A stretch of DNA of 64,000 nt from an uncultured Planctomycetaceae bacterium (lineage in GTDB: Bacteria; Planctomycetota; Planctomycetia; Isosphaerales; Isosphaeraceae), in assembly GCA_963833985.1 (NCBI GenBank), contig CAWIAD010000002.1:32001-96000 (forward strand), in the 5' to 3' direction. This document shows positions 59,694 to 64,000 of the stretch, one piece after another. Below the pieces are notes generated by a model. The model ran no database searches. It saw nothing but the letters and a program-made list of their open reading frames with translations, and was not told the origin of the DNA. How positions within the stretch are numbered: the first letter of the stretch is position 1; each line of letters begins with the position of its first letter. The position numbers and the translations under genes are program-made.

Positions 59694-59725
59694 GTAGGGT
59701 GCGCCCAGCGCAGCGTCGACGCACC
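59694..59725 (+). repeat. Single GTAG-type REP hairpin
   Basis: GTAG-GGTGCG-CCCAGCGCAGCGTCGA-CGCACC; same layout as the hairpin in the 173-bp array. Confidence 0.65.
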
Positions 59726-59832
59726 GTCCGCGGTTCCTGGCGACCACTCCGGTGTAAGCGATAGCAACATTTGGTGGCACGTCGCTGCGGGGCACGGTGG
59801 GCCATCCATATTCCCCCCCGACCCGTGCCCAG

Positions 59833-59932
59833 CACCAAGCGGCTCGACTACAGCAAGCCAAGCGTTCAGGTCACTTCCGTCACCGAATCGCGCGCGGACG
59901 GCTCGCGTGCCACGCTAAAGTGTGGGTGGCCC
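59833..59932 (+). repeat. ~100-bp dispersed intergenic repeat, copy 1
   Basis: CACCAAGCGGCTCGACTACAGCAAGCC...CACCGAATCGCGCGCGGACGGCTCGCGTGCCACGCTAAAGTGTGGGTGGCCC. Confidence 0.8.
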
Positions 59933-60022
59933 TTTTCGCTCCCCTTCTCGCTCCCGTCTTGCCCCTTCGTGCCCCACACCGCCGGATCGGTCTCGCATGC
60001 GGCCAGCGCCGCGGGACGACGA

Positions 60023-61167
60023 CTATCGCGGAGACGGCCGGGGCTGGACCTTCTTGGCGGCGCTGCTTCGCTTCGAGCGCGGCCGCGTAATCCCTGCCGG
60101 TTTCCGCGGCTCGACGGCACTCGGGGCATCGCCTTTTGCTTGCAGTTCCTGCCCTGAGAGCGTGATGTTGGTCGTCGGGCCGGAGTCGGCGAGGATCTTC
60201 GGCGCGATCGCATCGTTCGCCGGGGCGAGGACGGCGAAATGGTCAACGTCCGGAACCTCCACGAAGTGGACCTCGGGGTTCTTGCAGTTCGCTTTCATGA
60301 GTCGCAGGGCATCGATATTCCCGCCCGTCCCTTCGATGACGTAGAGCGGACTGTGGACCGACGAATCGAGCCAGTAGATGGGCGACCTCAGCAGCGACTC
60401 CTTCGGATCGCCCGGCTGGTGATAGACGAATTGTCCCCCGTAGCCCCTCACGTCCGCGGCCGGGCCGAAGGCGAAGACCGCGCGGAAGCGATTGCTCATC
60501 TCGGCGACGAGCATCGCCAGGGTCCCACCGGTGCTGTGGCCGCCCAGATAGATCCGGGTCGGGTCGACGTAAGGCTGCGCCGAGACGTAGTCGGCGGCCG
60601 CGAGCACGTCGTCGACCTCGCCCAGAAACCCCTCGCGCCGGCCCGGGTTGTCGTTGCCGCCCCGGAGCGAGGGGAACATCAGGACGATCCCGTCCTTGCG
60701 ATAGGCGGCGGCGGTCTGGTCGTTTTTCCGGGCGCGGGCTTCCAGACGTCACCGATCGAATTGCAGTCGCCACCCGTGATCCAGACGATCGCCGGACGCT
60801 TCACTCCGTCGCCCGGATCGGGCGTGAGGTAGGCCGACAGCTCGCCAACAGGCGAGCGAAACTTCACCAGCCGGAAGACCTCCGACGGCGGCTGCGGCAC
60901 GGCCTCGACAGGAAGTTGCTGGCCTCCCGGCTTGGTGACGAACCCGCGCCGGGCCTCCGCCAGAGAGGGTGTCGAGCTCGGTGCGGGTTGTGCGTTCTGG
61001 CCTGGGCGATTCACCGTGGCGGGAGTGTTCACCATTCTTGGATTGGAGTTCGATGCGGGACGGGAGATCGGCGGCGTGCCGCTTCCGGCGGGAGACTCCG
61101 GCGTGGCCTCCTCTGCGCAGCCAGCGGACAGGACAAGCAGGGCGACCGTGGAGGTGAATCGCTTCAT
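60023..61167 (-). CDS. Lipoprotein alpha/beta hydrolase (prolyl oligopeptidase-like), frameshift at ~60725
   Basis: Lipobox LSAGC, PAIVWITGGDCN; after an A run resumes NDQTAAAYRKDGIVLMFPSLRGGN, GHSTGG nucleophile, DHF. Confidence 0.85.
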
Positions 61168-61348
61168 GTCAAAGCCCTTGTTGCGTCACTGGCAAGTTCT
61201 GGTTGCTGACGGCACGTCCTGCGTCAGCAACCCATCCAATGGGTCATGGACTGATCAAAGCCTACCAGAGCCGGATCGCGCCGGCAATTGCCCGCGACGA
61301 ACGAAGCATCGTGGGCCGCATCGCGGGGGCCATCCACACGGGGCTCAA

Positions 61349-61449
61349 CACCAACCGGCTTGACCACAGCAAGTCATGCTGCCGGGACAACCTCCGACAC
61401 CGGGTCGCGCGCGGACGGCTCGCGTGCCACCCTGAACTGTGGGTGGCCC
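61349..61449 (+). repeat. ~100-bp dispersed intergenic repeat, copy 2
   Basis: CACCAACCGGCTTGACCACAGCAAGTC...CACCGGGTCGCGCGCGGACGGCTCGCGTGCCACCCTGAACTGTGGGTGGCCC. Confidence 0.8.
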
Positions 61450-61811
61450 CTCCCTGCGCCCTTCCTGCCCGCTTCCTGCTCCACCTTCTTGCTTCCTTCT
61501 GCCCTGTTCGGTAAACCACGTCTTCAAAGCGCCCGGCCGGCGGGCGATGGTTTGCCGGGGACCCTCTTGAAGTCGATTGGGGAGCCCGCGCATGGCATGG
61601 TCCCGCAAGTGGCCCCGAGCGAGCGGGCGAGCGAGCGCAGAGCACCGACCTTGGCAAAGCGCTTCAGGACGGAGTATGCCCCCTGGGTCGGCCCGGCTGC
61701 AAGCGTCGGTCGAGTCCCCGGGGCACGATCGGCGGCGCCCTCCACCCGAGCGACCCATGGAGAGTCCGTTCGCTTATCTGCAACAATTCACCCCCCCCCG
61801 GAGAGGCGACG

Positions 61812-62858
61812 ATGGACGAGGTGAAGCTACATCAATTCATGGTCAAGCTGATCACCGACATGGGCGGAGCGGCCATGCTCGCGAATGTAATCCTGGGAGA
61901 AGAGCTCGGCCTGTACCGCGCAATGGCCGACAGTGTCCCGATCGCCCCCGAGGCCCTTGCGGCGAAGACAGGGTGCCACCCGCGACTGATCCGCGAGTGG
62001 CTGAGCGCCCACGCGGCTGCCGGCTACATGGAGCACATTGACGGCCAGTTCCGGCTCCCTCCGGAGCATGCCCTGGCGCTGGCGAACGAGGACTCGCCAG
62101 TCTACGTGGCGGGGGGCGCGGCGGTGGTGGCGGCGTTTTTCCACGACAAGGACAAGCTGGTGAAAGCCATGCGGAGCGATGGCGCCCTCGCGTGGGGCGA
62201 CCACCATCCGTGCATGTTCTCTGGCACCGAGCGATTCTTCCGGCCCGGATACAGAGCACACCTGGTGCCCGAGTGGCTTCCCGCGCTGGAGGGCGTGGTT
62301 CCCAAGCTGGAGGCCGGGGCGACCGTGGCTGATGTCGGATGCGGACACGGCGCCTCGACGGTAGCGATGGCCCAGGCCTTTCCCGCGTCACGCTTCATCG
62401 GTATCGACTATCATGCTCCCTCCATCGCCACCGCCACCGAGCGAGCCCGTGAGGCCGGCGTCGCCGGCCGGGTGACCTTCACCCAGGCGACGGCCAAGAC
62501 CTACAGCGGCCACGACTACGATCTGATCTGTTTTTTCGACTGTCTCCACGACATGGGCGACCCCATCGGCGCCGCTCGGCATGCCCGCCAGGCCCTCAAG
62601 CCGGACGGCACTGTGCTGCTGGTCGAGCCCTTTGCGGGCGATCACCTCGATGACAACCTCACGCCCGTCGGGCGGCTCTTCTACGCCGCATCGACCTTTG
62701 TCTGCACACCCAATTCGCTCTCGCAGGAAGTCGGCCTCGGGCTGGGCGCGCAGGCAGGTGAAGCCCGACTGAAGCAGGTCTTCCTCGACGCGGGCTTTAC
62801 TCGCTTTCGCCGGGCGACGGCCACGCCCTTCAACCTCATCTGCGAGGCCCGGAAATAG
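61812..62858 (+). CDS. Class I SAM-dependent methyltransferase with N-terminal winged helix (Rv2258c-like)
   Basis: LGEELGLY, REWL, VADVGCGHG, FFDCLHDMGDP, GLGAQAGE. Confidence 0.92.
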   Translation: MDEVKLHQFMVKLITDMGGAAMLANVILGEELGLYRAMADSVPIAPEALAAKTGCHPRLIREWLSAHAAAGYMEHIDGQFRLPPEHALALANEDSPVYVAGGAAVVAAFFHDKDKLVKAMRSDGALAWGDHHPCMFSGTERFFRPGYRAHLVPEWLPALEGVVPKLEAGATVADVGCGHGASTVAMAQAFPASRFIGIDYHAPSIATATERAREAGVAGRVTFTQATAKTYSGHDYDLICFFDCLHDMGDPIGAARHARQALKPDGTVLLVEPFAGDHLDDNLTPVGRLFYAASTFVCTPNSLSQEVGLGLGAQAGEARLKQVFLDAGFTRFRRATATPFNLICEARK

Positions 62859-63136
62859 GGTGTGGGCCCTCTGAACACCGTCACAGAGTCTTTCGTCGAT
62901 GCAACCGGTCGCACACCGCGGAACGGACCGGGCACTCCATGATCATCAAGTGGCTTGACCCGGTCCTGCCGTCCGATCCCGGTCTGGGGAACCATGGGAA
63001 CCTCTGGGGGGAATCATGGTGCGGACCATGGACCGGAACATGGGCGCCGGACCATGGGAGCCATGGGGCCATTCACAAATCCCTTCACCGCGGGCACCGT
63101 GGTGGCCAATTGCAGACTGCCCCGATACGGATGCGG

Positions 63137-63236
63137 CACCAGGCGGCTGGACCACGGCAAGCCAGGCGGCCGGGCCAAATTCGGACACCGAACCCCGCGC
63201 GGACAGCTCTCACACCACCCTGAACCGTGGGTGGCC
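63137..63236 (+). repeat. ~100-bp dispersed intergenic repeat, copy 3 (more diverged)
   Basis: CACCAGGCGGCTGGACCACGGCAAGCC...CACCGAACCCCGCGCGGACAGCTCTCACACCACCCTGAACCGTGGGTGGCC. Confidence 0.75.
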
Positions 63237-63413
63237 TCTTCGTGCTCACCTTCGTGCTCCGATCGTCAAATGCTATTCCGTCCCTCTGCGCTCCGCGCGC
63301 CAATTCGGTACAGAGACCGGGCCACCCTCAAATCTGCGAAACACGAACAATGGTCTGGCCTGTCGCGGCGTCTCTCCCATACCGTAGAGCGAGCCCCGAA
63401 AACGGAGTATCCC

Positions 63414-64000
63414 ATGAACCGATTGCTGGTCGCGATCTCGTTTGTCTTCCCCGTCCTCGTCGCCGCCCAGGCCTCCGTCGGTTTCGTCAAGGACACCCCC
63501 CCGCAGATCACGCCCGAAATGAAGGCCAGGACGGAAACCATCGCCCGGGCCCTCGAGGCTCTCACACCCGAAGGCTTCACGAAAAAGAGCCCTATTGAAC
63601 GCTACACCGAGGCCAACCTGTACGAGAAGATCGACGGCCGGTCCGAGCTGTTTCAGTCCTACGACGTGACTGGCATGACCTTCGTCACCTTCTCCAGAGC
63701 GGGCGACCCAGCCCAGTTCATCGACGTCTTCCTCTACGACATGACCACCCCGCTCGGTGCCTTCGGCGTCTATTCGGTCGAGCGCTCGACTGGCAGCAAG
63801 TTCATCGCAATCGGCGACGGCGGTCACCGCACCGGGGCCGATTTGTTCTTCCGGAAGGGCCAGTACTATGCGTCGATCCTGACATCGGGACCCGACAAGG
63901 AGGTCCAGAAGGCGGCATCGGCCCTGGCCGATACCCTGGCGAATCGCCTGAAAGGCAAGGCGGCGGAGCTCTGGGGTCTCGCCGTGCTCCCGGCGAAAAA
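63414..64000 (+). CDS. Secreted DUF6599-like protein (runs off window edge)
   Basis: Not in ORF track. MNRLLVAISFVFPVLVAAQA..., NLYEKIDGRSELFQSY, VFLYDMTTPLGAFGVYSVER; GGAG RBS. Confidence 0.75.
   Translation, partial: MNRLLVAISFVFPVLVAAQASVGFVKDTPPQITPEMKARTETIARALEALTPEGFTKKSPIERYTEANLYEKIDGRSELFQSYDVTGMTFVTFSRAGDPAQFIDVFLYDMTTPLGAFGVYSVERSTGSKFIAIGDGGHRTGADLFFRKGQYYASILTSGPDKEVQKAASALADTLANRLKGKAAELWGLAVLPAK

Noticed and set aside
62985..63075. Cluster of (C)CATGG motifs
   Set aside because: Irregular spacing and very short; no supportable function.

Overview
High-GC bacterial window whose gene content points to Planctomycetota, probably Isosphaerales (inference from three ECF sigma factors, three Hanks kinases, sulfatases and an 'LEDRRLLS' export motif). 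About 45 CDS; no tRNA, rRNA, CRISPR array or transposase recognised. From left to right: 3-hydroxyacyl-CoA dehydrogenase (partial), mlaD/mlaE, rhomboid, a 173-bp x6 non-coding mosaic tandem array among gene remnants, PqaA-family hydrolase, a long ECF sigma fusion, aldo/keto reductase, GH63-like glucosidase, nitroreductase, ECF-kinase-TIGR03032-beta-helix locus, histidine kinase, desaturase, an arsR-D-A-E-F(+Trx)-G arsenic operon with no ArsB/Acr3/ArsC, a WD40-ECF-kinase locus, a twice-repeated secreted module (NTF2-like protein + Gly/Tyr-rich TPR protein + arylsulfatase), hemerythrin, PhnB-like protein, asnB, a second rhomboid, and three ~100-bp direct repeats bracketing single genes. Seven genes carry eight single-base frameshifts, most simply read as consensus errors. 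All family calls come from motif recognition by eye; no database search was run.
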